Shown here piece after piece: positions 25,501-59,315 of a stretch of DNA of 64,000 nucleotides. The notes beneath the pieces are model-generated. The model saw only the letters and a program-made list of their open reading frames with translations, did not search any database and was not told where the DNA came from. This stretch comes from Phoronis australis (lineage: Eukaryota; Animalia; Phoronida), in assembly GCA_002633005.1 (NCBI GenBank), contig NMRA01000001.1, forward strand, positions 3,696,659 to 3,760,658. The letters run 5' to 3'. A program made the translations under genes and the position numbers. Each line of letters begins with the position of its first letter. Position 1 is the first letter of the stretch.

Positions 25501-28500
25501 AACATTGCTGTTTTCTGACATTTTGTAACATATTTATGCAGTTGCTTGAAATTTTATTCTTGATCGACGACTGGCTAGACCACCCCCGATCCTTGTCTTA
25601 CTTCTTTGCATAGCATGTTTGGCGCAACGGCAAGAGAGCAATGCCAGGCTGTCCAGATAAGACAGCTAGCCGCAGAACCATCCGCTGAAAATGTCATTGA
25701 GTCACGGAGTATCGACTATAACATCCCAAACACAAAAAAACAGCAGAGTTAAGTTTTTCAAACTTTTATCACAACCAATTTTAAAACTGCTCTCTGAGTC
25801 AGAACTTGACAGCTACATTAGTTCGAGACTGCAACCATAAATTTGATGTCTGACCTCTGCAACATGTGAAGCTTGCACGCGCGCACTTAAGCAGGGTCAC
25901 ATCTTGAAACAGTTTTAATTCAAGTGGAGGCTTCGTGGTCACTGGTCGTCTGCGCACAGCAGGACGGCACAGGGCTATTACTCAGCAATTTTGTAAATTT
26001 AATAGTGAATGACTAATCTGAGGGCAAGAGAACCTTTGTTGGGATCATCCGCTGTTATGATGTTTTCAGTCATTTGGCGACGTGACGATAAAGCTCTTTG
26101 AAAAGGGCTAGCGTTCCGAGTATGATTGTCGTGTCGGGATTTAGATCGCCAGGTAAGATTAACCGCCCAGGGCGGTTGTCTGTCGTAATAAGCGCCCATG
26201 TCCAGTTAACCGCCCATCCCCTACTTTAGGTGGATTTTCGATTTAACTGCCCACTGCTCGGTTAACCGCCCTCCCCCGATTTTTTGGAGTCGCCAATTTA
26301 ACCGCCCAGGGCGTTAACCCGAACGATTACGGTATGTTGTTAATTGTTTGAATAAATAATCAAATTACCGAAGGGGAATTCTACTATGTTACCAAAAATT
26401 TTAAAAAATGAACTCATCTAAAAGTAAACCCATGGGCATATTTTCAGGGAATTTTCCAGTAATTGTTTTAAGAATGTTTCGAAAACCTGATGGATTGTTC
26501 TGAAAAACGTATGTAACATGCTTTGATGTAAAATTTGTTTATTTTGACAAAACGTTCTACTTTGGAATTGTGATTGGGTGATTTTGTTGGTTACTAACCA
26601 TACTGGCGCAGTATGAAGGACAGTTTTAATGACAGTTTTCGAAAATATACCCTCTCTTCCAAAAATATGCCCAGGCGTATATTCGGTTTCATTTAACATT
26701 TTTGAATCGCCACGTTTGGAATACGCACCCATGGGCCTATTTTTGGAAATTCTTGGTATCAATTTTGTACAATGAGGAAGCCTAAACTATAACCAAAAAA
26801 TATTGTTTGACCCGTCACAGTCACTTATCGTCGACCTTTCAAGGCCAACACCTGGTGTCATATATCTGTCTTAGATTAAAAAGTGCTAAAAACAAGACAC
26901 TTTTCATTCAAAATCAAAATAATGCCATATTTTCTTACTCAATACTATTGATCAAAGTTTCAATTCCCAGGGATTATTCATTAAGTCAGAAATCCTATAA
27001 CAGACGTATGCATAATCTGTCCATCCGTCACACCCACAAAAATACAAATTTCAATCTAATGAAAATATGCTTAGTGGTTATTTTTACTTTGCACACTTGT
27101 AGATGATAAAATGTCATACATGCAAGAATCTAAAACATGAAAATATTGATAAGACAGTAATAAAATCAAGTCAAGAAGTTTGTATTAAACTAAATGCCTT
27201 ACTAGTTTAGCAGTAGACAAGTATTATGCTTTACAGTATAGTCTAGTTAAACTTAGTAGAATTCAACTTGTCACTGAAATTAGATAGTTAGACCACATTT
27301 TAATAAAAATATAACAACATTTTTTATGAATTTATTTAGTGATCTTGTGTTGTTGTCCATCCATGTAAAAGATATCCCTATCTTTCGACAAGGGCAAGCA
27401 AAGTGACATCATAAAAAACTCCCTGAAATGCTCTGGAGTTTCAAATAAGAGTCCTAAATGACTACATGTCAAATTTCTGTTCTGCTAGAAACCTCATCTT
27501 TCACTTCCGCAGAAACATAATTAGTGGCTTCACTTTATACTTACTATGAGCCACGAAAAATATATTTCATCATTGAATATACAAGCGTACGGTTCACCGT
27601 GAAAAAAGGATTTCCCAGTTTGTCCGATGTGCAAGCAACCACCTGGGTAGCCCTCGGACTTGAAACCACCATGACAGTATATTTCTACAACTTTGCTCCA
27701 TGGTTAGCAACAGGTTCAACACATAACACATAGATAATTTGTAAGTAGAATTTAGAGGGGGGCCAAGGGGGCCATGGACCCCCTCTAAAACTCCCAGATT
27801 CCATTTGGCAGTTCAGGGGTGCACCGTCTGACGGGTAAAAATCCTGGCTAATACTCTGCCCAGGCCCCCCCTAAATAAAAATCTTGGATCCGCCCCTGCA
27901 AAAGACCACTTTTCTTTACTAAGTAAAAATTTGTGTTTCCACCTAAAGTGTGCTTTAACAAAAATGAAAGCGTACCAACAAAGCAACACTTGAATAAAGG
28001 AGAATAAAGACACAAGCAGTTATATGTACAAAGCACAATATTTGAAACTAAGATAAAATCTTCAATCTTGAATTTTTCTCAGTGTCCCAGTAATAGCTGG
28101 ATTGTTGGGTCATTCTATAACTCCAAAACTACTTATCAGAAATTGATACAAGATATCTCATTCGATTCATCAGATGACGTATCTCCATTCAGGTGATGAC
28201 AGATGTCATGTTCTACATCGTGTTCCCTTGATATCTGGACTAAAATGCAAGGTTCCCTACAGGTGGCCTGCTGCAACCATTTTCTTGTTCATTTCATCAA
28301 CAACCACGAGTTGCATCTGAGTCCATATATCAAGAGAAAGCGACGTCGGACATGAACTATGGTATCAGTTGGATGGAGATTAATGATTAGAGGTGTCTTT
28401 AGCCAATTTTTGGTGAGTACTTAGTAGAGGTCCACCTATCAAACTATAACCCTACTCGCCAATGCCCTTAGTAGGCCTAGTAGCTTTCAATGCCAGACCA

Positions 28501-28873
28501 TGGCCGGGGACATGGTTGTGTAACTTTTGGTTGTGTAACTATCTGTATGCAGCTACCCCAGGTAACATTTTGATTACCAAAATTTAGGCAAAAATGTGTT
28601 CCAAGGGACAACTACCTTCACTGGCATATCCAAAAATTCAGACAGTTACATGTCTAACCCGGAACCTTACTAACTCAACCAGACAACATTGACAGTCAAC
28701 AGTGCTAAAATTTCGTCATTCGGCCCGATCAATCAACTTATCAAGCCAGGATTCTGAGCGCGAGACTGGCTGATTTATCACACAGTACCTGTGGGAATGC
28801 CTAACTGCTTGCTCCCTCTACCAAATCCATGGATAACAGGTCCCTCTGCAAAATACGGGAAATTTTCATGCAT
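13529..28873 (-). CDS. RFK: Riboflavin kinase, complete, 4 coding exons, 181 aa
   Basis: Exons 28873-28789 (MHENFPYFAEGPVIHGFGRGSKQLGIPT), 19724-19573 (ANFPDDVV...GVYFGWASVDHGDVHKMVMSIGYNPYFNNTKKTM), 16161-16059 (ETHIMNTFDDDFYGSHLKILITGHMRPQLNFASL), 13734-13529 (EQLIDAIHGDIREAWSRL...FSR*). GT-AG, phases consistent, 546 nt. GFGRGS, PTAN and catalytic E-T-H motifs are intact. Confidence 0.97.
14600..15630 (+). repeat. Interspersed repeat with internal subrepeats (aaattgccactaggg, gccaaatttcat motifs), HINE/DINE-like by appearance
   Basis: aaattgccac(t/a)agg recurs at about 14673, 15110 and 15502 with recurring aaatttcat blocks. Similar sequence occurs on the opposite strand at about 47740-48520 and 55090-55240. 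The family assignment is inference. Confidence 0.5.
19320..19458 (-). mobile_element. tRNA-derived SINE-like repeat
   Basis: Minus strand ggtcccgatggctcaggggactagagtg (A-box-like) ... gggttcgaggccc (B-box) followed by ttttcagacttatgttcattaggtcacatggtgtggccaacaggtggcgtgc. The same body occurs at about 46795-46858 (plus). Confidence 0.7.
20420..20706 (-). repeat. Interspersed repeat (second partial copy at about 36574-36637, plus)
   Basis: tgtcatttgcggtgcatcaga(c/g)gtg(c/t)gcaggcctcatggttgggcccattgcacaaaac(a/t)cctga is shared between the two loci in opposite orientations. The left boundary is approximate. Confidence 0.65.
23928..26332. mobile_element. Non-autonomous TA-targeting DNA transposon (Tc1/mariner-pogo/Tc2-like termini), 2.4 kb, in RFK intron 1
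   Basis: Perfect 24-bp TIRs CCGTAATCGTTCGGGTTAACGCCC / GGGCGTTAACCCGAACGATTACGG with TA on both sides. Subterminal TTAACCGCCC arrays and a duplicated block of about 70 bp at both ends. No transposase ORF seen. Confidence 0.9.
26390..26758. mobile_element. Degenerate TA-flanked MITE
   Basis: Left taccaaaaattttaaaaaatgaactcat versus the reverse complement of right atgggcctatttttggaaattcttggta. Internal cccatgggc repeats. Confidence 0.45.
27744..27898 (-). mobile_element. About 150-bp GC-rich Harbinger/PIF-like MITE
   Basis: Reverse-complement copy of the caggggcggatcc...aatccgccactg family also found at 29463-29630 and 39325-39471. Confidence 0.7.
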
Positions 28874-29462
28874 GGTCCCAACCACAGAAATATGATAGGC
28901 CTGTATAATCTCAGAAAATCCTACTACGATCTAAAAAACACGTTTGCCAGCAGCAATCTTTTGTACACAAATCCTTTGTTGGTAGTCGTAAAGTTGCATC
29001 ATGTGACTTTTGAGTTAATTTTAAGTATTAACCCAAATATAATCAGATTGTTGGATATTTATTGGTTCTTGTTCCAAAAAATGATAGTTATTTTTTTGAA
29101 AATGTGTAGAATAAAATGATTTCATGTTAATTGTCGCAAATCAGTCGCGGTGTCAGCCGCTAGATGACACCACCAGCCTGAAGGATGGCAGCGAAGCCTG
29201 TAAGTTCATTTCTTTTCTTCACTTTCTGCAAAAGTTCAGAATGAATTTCCCGTATTAAGGAAAGCTGGTAACTTCATTTGAAGGCGACATCACGGCAAGA
29301 TTGTAGTAAAATGAGTAAAATACTGACTAAATATTTGTAAGTGCACAAACCCTTGGTTAACCACAGGGCACAGAATTGCCGAGTGACAGCGAGCGATGCA
29401 GAATGACCTTGACTTGGTGGGCACTGGCTAGACAGTGTCACCGTCACGACTGGCCCCAGTGG

Positions 29463-29630
29463 CAGGAGCGGGTCCAGGATTTTGAGTTAGGGGAGGCCAG
29501 GGCAGGGTATTAGCCAGGATTTTGCCCATTATATATTCCCACCCTAGAAGTGCCAAATTGAATATGGGATAATTTTAGGGAGCCATGGGCATGGCCCCCT
29601 TGTTCCCCCCTCCCCTTAAATCCGCCACTG
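29463..29630 (+). mobile_element. About 160-bp GC-rich Harbinger/PIF-like MITE
   Basis: caggagcgggtccaggattttgag...tattagccaggattttgccc...gccaaat...aaatccgccactg; same family as 39325-39471. Confidence 0.7.
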
Positions 29631-29649
29631 AGTAGAGACGGGAAAACAA

Positions 29650-30640
29650 CTATAAGTGCTTCATTACGCTGAAAACTTTTCAGCTAATGATCCTGCACAC
29701 TGATTAAAACATCAAAGTCACGTTGCTCAAAGCACAGGCTTTTTGCTAATAAACATTTTTGTGCTTTGACCGTGAATTTTTGCGAACTTGCTGGAGCAGG
29801 ACACTGTGAATGGTATTCAAAGTAAGAACAAGTGCTAATAGTTTGTTGAAACCCTGTTTTGTTAAATTTATTGTGTTTTGTGTTTGATATGGACGGCTGA
29901 AGTGAATCACCTGTGGAATTCCTTGTCCCGATTGTCATACCTTGCAGTATTATGTATAGTGTATTGCCTTGCCACTGTATTGGGGATGATCAGAAGCTGA
30001 GGACGCCTGTGGCTCAAAGTACCTTTTGTGCATAGACGGACACCTTGGGATTGGGCTTGGCTTAGGCATGTTACTGTTAGGAGGCCGTCAGCGTCAATGT
30101 CTTTAATTCCTTCCAACTCAATCACATACACTCCGTTATCAGACTTTTTTCAGGCAGTCCTTTCTTCAGTTGCTCAAATCGGCAACTGGCCATTTTTACT
30201 TTGCATGCCCTCCTATTTTTACACTGCGAGCATCAGTCCTTGGTTCAGTTGCCAAAATCAGCAACTGTTACTGGCCATTTTTACATTGCGCGCGTTCTTA
30301 TTTTTACACTGCACGTGCCAGTTCTTCGTTCAGTTGCTTAAATTGGCAACTGGCCATATACACTGCACTCGTTCTTATTTTACATTGCGTGCCAGAAGCA
30401 GTGTAAAAATGGCCAGTTGCCAAATTGAGCAACTGAGCTAAGTACTGCTCAAACAAAAGTAAAATCTGATTATGGGAGTATTTGTTAGAGTTGGAAGGAA
30501 TTAAATACATCAACGGCCTCCTAAGGTGTCCTTCTCTGCACAAAAGACTCTTATAATAGCAACGCGACTTTGATGTTTAATCAGTGTGAGACATAATTCC
30601 CCGAAAAGTTTCTGGCATATGAAGGGCCTGTAGGAGCTTT
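29650..30640. mobile_element. Fold-back element of the same family as 1874-2808, more degenerate
   Basis: cacactgattaaaacatcaaagtcacgttgct (about 29696) versus agcaacgcgactttgatgtttaatcagtgtg (about 30588); taattccttccaactc versus gagttggaaggaatta. Internal cagttgc...gcaactggccat units in both orientations. Confidence 0.75.
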
Positions 30641-32799
30641 ACCTTCTCCACTGGAGTCAGTCGAGACGGTGGCACTGTATGGGGCATGGGCTTGGGAAGG
30701 TTGGCCGTTTGGGGGCCAACCACCTAGCTGTATGGAGACTGACGTCAAAACACTGAACGGATGCATGTAAAATTCATAGACTTCAAAATTACACACAACC
30801 CTGCTCGTCAGGTGGCACTGCTGGGCCTCTTCCGGGGCTTTGTCCTGAACTTCTGATAAAACCTTGTTAACCACAAGATGTCAAATGAGCTTATGAAAGT
30901 GGTGACAGCTGAGTTGTTTAAAAATTAGGACCTCTGGTGGGAGAGGTGGGAATGATGTGAAATTTGTGACAACCAATTTGTCTGCTGCCGGCCACTACAC
31001 CCCTTTCATAGGGCCTGATATACGAGTACAGAACATGTATCTGTTTGGGTTCTGGCCACAGGCCTATCTAGCTCCATTTGTGTTCTGTATGAAACTCAGC
31101 CGAAGATTTGTCTCACTCGGCCAAATGTTTTACTACGATTACATTGTGCTAATTAATTCACGGATGGCTTGTGCTTTCTGCAATCATGTGGATATTTCTT
31201 TCAGTTAGTCAGCTTCGGTACCAGTTTTTAAGCAAAACAATGTGGAGGGATTTTTAAAAACTTAAAGGAAATGATCAAAATGGACATAGGAATAGTTGAT
31301 TATATTTTGGGAACCATATCATATTTTGTAATCACACACGTCATTTTTAATGCAAATATCATTTGGTTTTGTGATTGCATGTTAACAGTGCACACGCTAT
31401 AATCCTCGCAAATGACGTTTATTGAAAGTCACTGAATATTTGAAAACATCCACCTTTTGTGTGAATGATTGAACGAACTGTGATACCTTGGTGAATATTT
31501 GCATAAAGTGAGTGGTTTATATTTTCCGCTTATGCAGAAACAAAGGTTACGTCAGAGTCCAGATGGCACCCGGCTCAAATGATTTTTGAGTGTGGTGATG
31601 TGTTGGTGGCATTGGTAGTAAAGTCAGTGGTATCTTGAGAATAGGCAACGCCGGGGATCGAATAAGGTTGAGACTTCACAAAAATTTTTAAACCAAATTA
31701 ATACAATGTGACAATAGCCAAGGTCAATATGAAGGTATGTGCGGTCAATACCCTGAGGTATTAACTTCAAATCAAAGGATAATTATAACTGCATTGTAGA
31801 AGTTAATACAAAATATGGTACGTGGTGTTTTTGCGCTTTTGACTTCGAACTGGAAGGTCTGTTTTCCCTGAGCTCTTTTTTTGAAATTCAATCACTTTTT
31901 GTTAATTTCTATTACCACCTTAGTAAACAAAATAATATATATTTTTCCTAAGTGCTCTCAAAATTTCTTTACAAATTAGTGAAATATAGTGTTTAGTAAC
32001 CTTTTTACTGTGCAATTTACAAAATCTACTAAGTACAGAAACACAAAGTTGCCCAGTAGAGATTTTTAAAAAAAAATCTTCTCATTGCTATTGAACCAAA
32101 TAACGTTCTTAAAAAAACACCTGATTCTATCGTAAAATTTAATTTCAACACTTAGCCTTTACAAACCTTACAATTTCTTGCAGATTTCCTATAGTCCAAT
32201 AGAACTCCACAAATATAAAAAACTTATTTTTAGTCTGGCAAATTTTGTTTTTGGGGACCAAAATCCAATTTTCCAAACTCCATCTTCCAACTTCAACTTA
32301 ACAATTTCTAATTGATATTTTTTATTCCGCTTTAGTTAAGAACTCGAGATATATTTTTTAATTCTGTGCTTGGGTACATTTTAATTTCAGTTGAGAACGT
32401 ATTAAGTCCAAGTTTTCACTTGATAAACCTTAGGTGCAGGTGGGGAAATTTGGTTTCAAACTAGTTATAGATTTTAAATTCAATACTTTTAATATTGTTG
32501 TTATCAAGATCAAAAATTGATATTTTTGTGCCACGCACCTACTGTAGTTGAGTACAAAATCAAATGTACTTATATGAGGAATGCAAGCGAGCAATTAGAA
32601 AAATACCACACATATTTTCAAAAAAATAAAACATAGACTGGAAACATCTTCTGGTAATGCTTTTTAGCCATGCTCAAGTTAGAAATTAATATTTAGGGTT
32701 GGGAAGAGAACTGGACGCTCTTTATTGGTTGCTTATTATGACAGGTTAGTTTCAGTCATAAAAGTAGTGTGGCCATCAGGGTAATGCGAAGAGATTTAC

Positions 32800-35700
32800 C
32801 AAAACCAATAAGAATTCAAAACAAAGGACAAGAATGCAATGACGTCTATTGGAAGAGCAAACCTGCTATGTCTTGTGAAGAAAGTTGACATTTTGATCAC
32901 CAGAATATGGTTTATAGTGGCTTGAAATGTTTCCATGATATCTGTTAATCTGACTGGAGTGATTGAGATACGACTAGTACTTGCTAGTGCACAATAGATG
33001 TCACTAAGCTCATGAGCAGACACTGTACAGTTATCACTAGGTTTTGTCTGTTATTGCCAGACATTGCTACCCTTCTTCCACTCTGTCAAAACATTATGAA
33101 GAGAGTGAAAAGTTGTGAGTAGTTTCACATGAAAACTGCTACACATGACTTCAGAAACTTTACTCTGTCTCATATGTTTCGCCATTTCACTTCCATCCAA
33201 AAATATAAGCGAGGCTCTGAAAAAGGTGGCAAAAGATGCAAAATTGACAGTTTTCAGCCACAAACAACCATTTCTCTGCCAATGCTGGATATGAGATACA
33301 GTAATGCTTTATTTTGATAGCAAATTTCCTTCAGATTCCAAAAATGTGGCCCAAAATATCTGCCCTTCGACTAGATTTTTGCAGTTCTTGGTTGTTTGAG
33401 GCTACCTGAAATTGCATCAGATTTCTCAGTCGCTACGCGGAAATGCAACAATGCTATTGGGGGCTGCCATTTTGCAGAAAAATGTATCTGCAGTTGAACT
33501 AATTGACTTTTCTTGTTTCCAAGAAACCAGCTTCACTGTACCTACCAGGATTGCTTACCCAAAACAGCTGCCAAACCTGGCCTACCTCAAATGTTTAGTT
33601 TTTAAGGACTGCAAATTGCCCATGGCCACAGTCTAAGTATAAATTGCCACCTGAGCAGCAGACCTACTAACATTGTCATAAATGATTTATATTTGTAATT
33701 TTGACAAATCTGTCATTGTTGAGAGAATGATGCTAAAGAAAATCTAACAACACCTTATATTTGCAATGCTTAAGAGGTGTGCTTGTATGCAGTTGCTATT
33801 TTAAAATTCACGTTTGCATAGAAATTATTCTAAAATCTGTCTACATGAGGTTGGTGAGCTCATTACCTGTACTGTAATTCTCTAGACATTTACCTCACAC
33901 AAAAGCAAAATTGTCACTTTTCCATTTTTTCATTGCCTGATTACCTTTTTGAAAATAAAGGGAACTTCATCAAAATGTTATTTTATGCAATACATCAGCT
34001 GCAAACCATTCTTGAAATAGACTGAAAGGAAATTTCACTTTTGTGGAGAAATTTAACAAAACAGGATTTGACTCGCTGGCCATATTGTATGCAAATTAAG
34101 GAAAGTGTTACCATGCCAACAATTTAATTAAATTGAGTCAAGAGTTGGCTGATATTTCACATTTGCTCTATAATAACAAGGCGTCATTGAATAATCTGAT
34201 AAGAAAGATCGTTCTTATCAGTGTCCTTTTGCATTGCACAGGTCACCTTGACTTTAGTCTAGAACTGAGCCTACTTTGTGGTAGACCTATTGGTGACTGG
34301 TCATTATGTTCAATTATCAGGTACTCTCTTCTAAGGTTCTTATTAATATTTGTGTTTCCTGTTAAAGTTTTTCTTGCGTTCATTTTAACTCCTGAACTCG
34401 TATCTTTAAGTAGAAATGTTCAAAGAAATTAAACCTATTTGTACTGCGGTGTGTTAAGTTCTAGGCATGTGCTCAGTTGTGGGGACATACGCAGCCTGGC
34501 GACCACCCAAGATCAGGTGGTGTGGACAACAGGCTGTACAATTTGCCTGCGTTCATTTTAGCCATTACCTTTACACTGATACTGGTTGATAGACCTATTA
34601 CTACACATTTTCTTACGTGGGATATAATGTTTACTCTTTCTAAATGCGACTGAAGTGGATTAATATTTGTTTCTTAATTTTTTGTGGGGCTCCAATGGAA
34701 ATAGTTTAAAAAGAGCACTTGTCATTTTATTTTTATTTTTTGATAATCAATTCCTTTTTCTTGTATTTCTCTTTGACGGTTTCAGAAAGTTAGTGTCTCA
34801 AACAGTTCATCCAACTGTGTATGGAGATTGTTCATTGGATTCTTTAACTTCTTTACTTGTAGTTGCCCAAATGTTACACCAATTCCAACACCTCCACCTT
34901 ATATATGTGTGTAGTCCTTAGTATCTGACCTATTACTGTTTCCATGGGAATGGTTAAAAATGTGACATTTTAAAGAATTCTACTGCACTTGACCTAGTTG
35001 ACATTTTTGTAAGCTTATAAAATGTACAGGGAGGAGAGGGTGTCTGTTGTAAGTCTTTAGATGATTGTCTTCCTTGTGTTTGCAGTAAACCAGCAGTTGA
35101 AAAGTAATAGTGAAGTTGGAATTGATTCATGATCTTAATTTCACACAAAGTTTGTAACAGTGTCTGTATGGGAACATGTTGCGGCACAGTGGGTGTCCCA
35201 GTTGTAAACCACTTGAGCCATAGTCTACATGTGGTTGTTCTGGACTCTTAGTGTAATTTGCCTTGATGTTGTGTCATGGGTTGTTCTCATTTCATGTGCA
35301 CTGGTTGTAATAGCATTTGGGATTAGTTACATCTTGCATCTTGAGTTACTCCTGCCTAAAACTTTTCAGCATCTATCTCACTAAAGAATTTTGTCTTGAA
35401 CTTATTTACTAGTAGCAAGTCTTTTTGACATTTACTCTTGATGAATGTCTGATACCAACTGTGAAATAATTGAAAGTATCAGGATTGTTTTCTCAACTGT
35501 TTCAATTTCCCTCTGTACATTTCTGTATTATCGGATAGATTCAAAATGTTCAGTAACCCGAGAGGCCATTTGCATTATTTTTTGCGTCCTTTTTTGCCTC
35601 CATTGATCTACCAAAAGGCTTGAAGAATTACTTTGAAAATTTATTTTCAATGTGTTCCAAATGAGATGTTGAAGACAAAAGTAGATTTCTGTACAGGTCC

Positions 35701-36000
35701 AGCTGGTGTGGCGCCAACTAGTGGCAAATTTGTTTTACCTTTATTTCAATGTCCACCAGCTTCCTCAATGAATTTTTATAAAATGTCTTCCAGTTGGAGA
35801 GTGCAGCTGATGTCGATTTTAAATGAGTCCTCGCCGTAATGTAGGTTTTCTTTGCATACGTGGCTTTATGTCTACAATGTTTCTTGATAAAGACACGGAA
35901 TTTGAACAATAAATTTCTATTCAGAAGATGGCAACACTTGTCTTGTTTCAGATGGATTTGAAATCTGCTGCGCCCCATGGTTCCCATTTTATTTTGTATG
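32800..36000 (-). mobile_element. Highly decayed transposase-like relic (possibly Sola2/MULE-type with SWIM-like region)
   Basis: Broken minus-strand frames give NWKTFYKNSLRKLVD, PNAIT, KSPEQPHV, HCAATCSHT and KPSKRNTRKR in the order expected for SWIM-containing transposases. Many stops and frameshifts; no termini identified. Confidence 0.25.
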
Positions 36001-37723
36001 TATATTACATCATACTAAGACAGCCCATCCTAAGATTCCACTGCTTCCTGCTTTTAGAGTTACCACAAAATTTTAAACCAGTCTTCTATTTGGGTAAAGG
36101 CGGCATTTTTGATGGTTGGTTATTTTGCTAGTCAGAAATATGCTCTGATCACAAACTGGTGCGGTCTAACTTGGATGCAAAAACAGCTTTAAGCTCCCCT
36201 TTAGTGATAGGGCATTGGCCTGCTCCTTAAACAGCTGTGTTTATGTAGGATTAATCAATTTTCAAAATCATCTGTAATTTTACACTATATATATTGTTGT
36301 GATTTGTGGGATGTATGCCATTCCATATTCTGCGGGTCTTGTTTGAATGAGGGTTCTTGGATTGACTTGTTATTGTCAGTATGTCTTGGACGTATGATGC
36401 TAGAAGACGTCTCTGCATGGATTGTTGTGAATGGGCCTGCTACAAGGAATACCGTAACCATGGGTATTTCACGTCATGTGATCTGTTTTACGTAAGTGTG
36501 AAATAATCAGATGTTTGTGAAAACGTGAAAATTTTGCATCCAATTTTATTAAAAAAGAGCGCAGTTGTCCTGGTGTCATTTGCGGTGCATCAGAGGTGTG
36601 CAGGCCTCATGGTTGGGCCCATTGCACAAAACTCCTGATGTTAGAATTTAGAGTACGGTAGTACTGTTTTTGGGAATAAGTTGCCACAACTGGTTCCGAC
36701 TTAGAATCTGTTAGAGGCCTGATGAAATTGCACGTGCCTCAGAGGTGCGCCTGTTACTTGCACTGACTTGTAATTTGAAATAATAATATCATGTGTTTTA
36801 AAAATCTTAAACCCATCCTTAATTCTGAAGTTTCACTGGTTTTATTTTGTGAAATTTAATCTAAAGCCAGTTGAGTACAAATACAGTATATTTTTATTCT
36901 TAAAGTAGCATTTCACCTTGCTTAGGTGGCAAAGAAAGGAAAATTGAATTGGGTCTTTTACTCTTGTGTAATCAGGCTCGTCATTCTTTTCACTAGGATA
37001 CGATTCCATTTCCGTTTCCAACTCAAGTCACGGATAAAATCCTATTACAGTTGGAATATTACGTGACCAATTTTATTAGAGTAAAAAGGCCTAAACATCG
37101 CAGTTTTAAGCAAATTTTATTGACTTTTTATTTTTACTGCTTGTATGTTCTACGACACCGTATGTTTGAACCATCTAGGTTTGTGTTGAAGAATTTTTAC
37201 CATAGTAAGTGGAATTGTCAAAGTCTGACCAAGAAACCTCCTGAAAGATGCAATGTGTGTCAGTGCTTTGAAAAACCTCACAAAGACAGCTAGTTATTCA
37301 CTGAATGTCATGCAGATCTCTAGAATTTACAAAAGTATATAAATAAGTTATCTTTTGTTTTGACATGAAAATATAGGGGTGAGGATGGATGTTACCTTAG
37401 GTCAAAAGAGAGGAAAACATTATACCCATAAGTTTTTGATGATCAGTATGCGAATTGTAATTCAGGCTCCACTCAATACTTGCCCCGACATACGGTGACG
37501 TTCAGAACTCAGCATCAGTTCCTGGTATTGTAGAACTTTAATGCTGGAACAATTTCAAGTGCTCGTGTCGCGTCATTGGGCCACAAATAATTTTGTTGAG
37601 GTATTGGAAGCAAAAGAGGGCAAAAACTAACATGGCCCATGGGTACTCCAAATTGACCCATAGGCTCGAAGCCAAGTGGGTCAATTGACCTTACGGCAAC
37701 CAGAAGATCGCTCCACCTATCAT

Positions 37724-37741
37724 GTCACGTGATGCGGAAGT
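37724..37741 (+). promoter_or_regulatory. E-box (GTCACGTGA) plus ETS (GCGGAAGT) motif pair just upstream of UGP2 exon 1
   Basis: gtcacgtgatgcggaagt ends 14 bp before the ATG at 37755. These are typical housekeeping core-promoter motifs. Confidence 0.55.
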
Positions 37742-37754
37742 CCGACATCAGAGA

Positions 37755-59315
<21,561 letters not shown>

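Noticed and set aside
28080-28360. Coding-looking stretch in RFK intron 1
   Set aside because: The minus-strand frames I translated are interrupted, and I found no consistent splice sites or recognisable motif.
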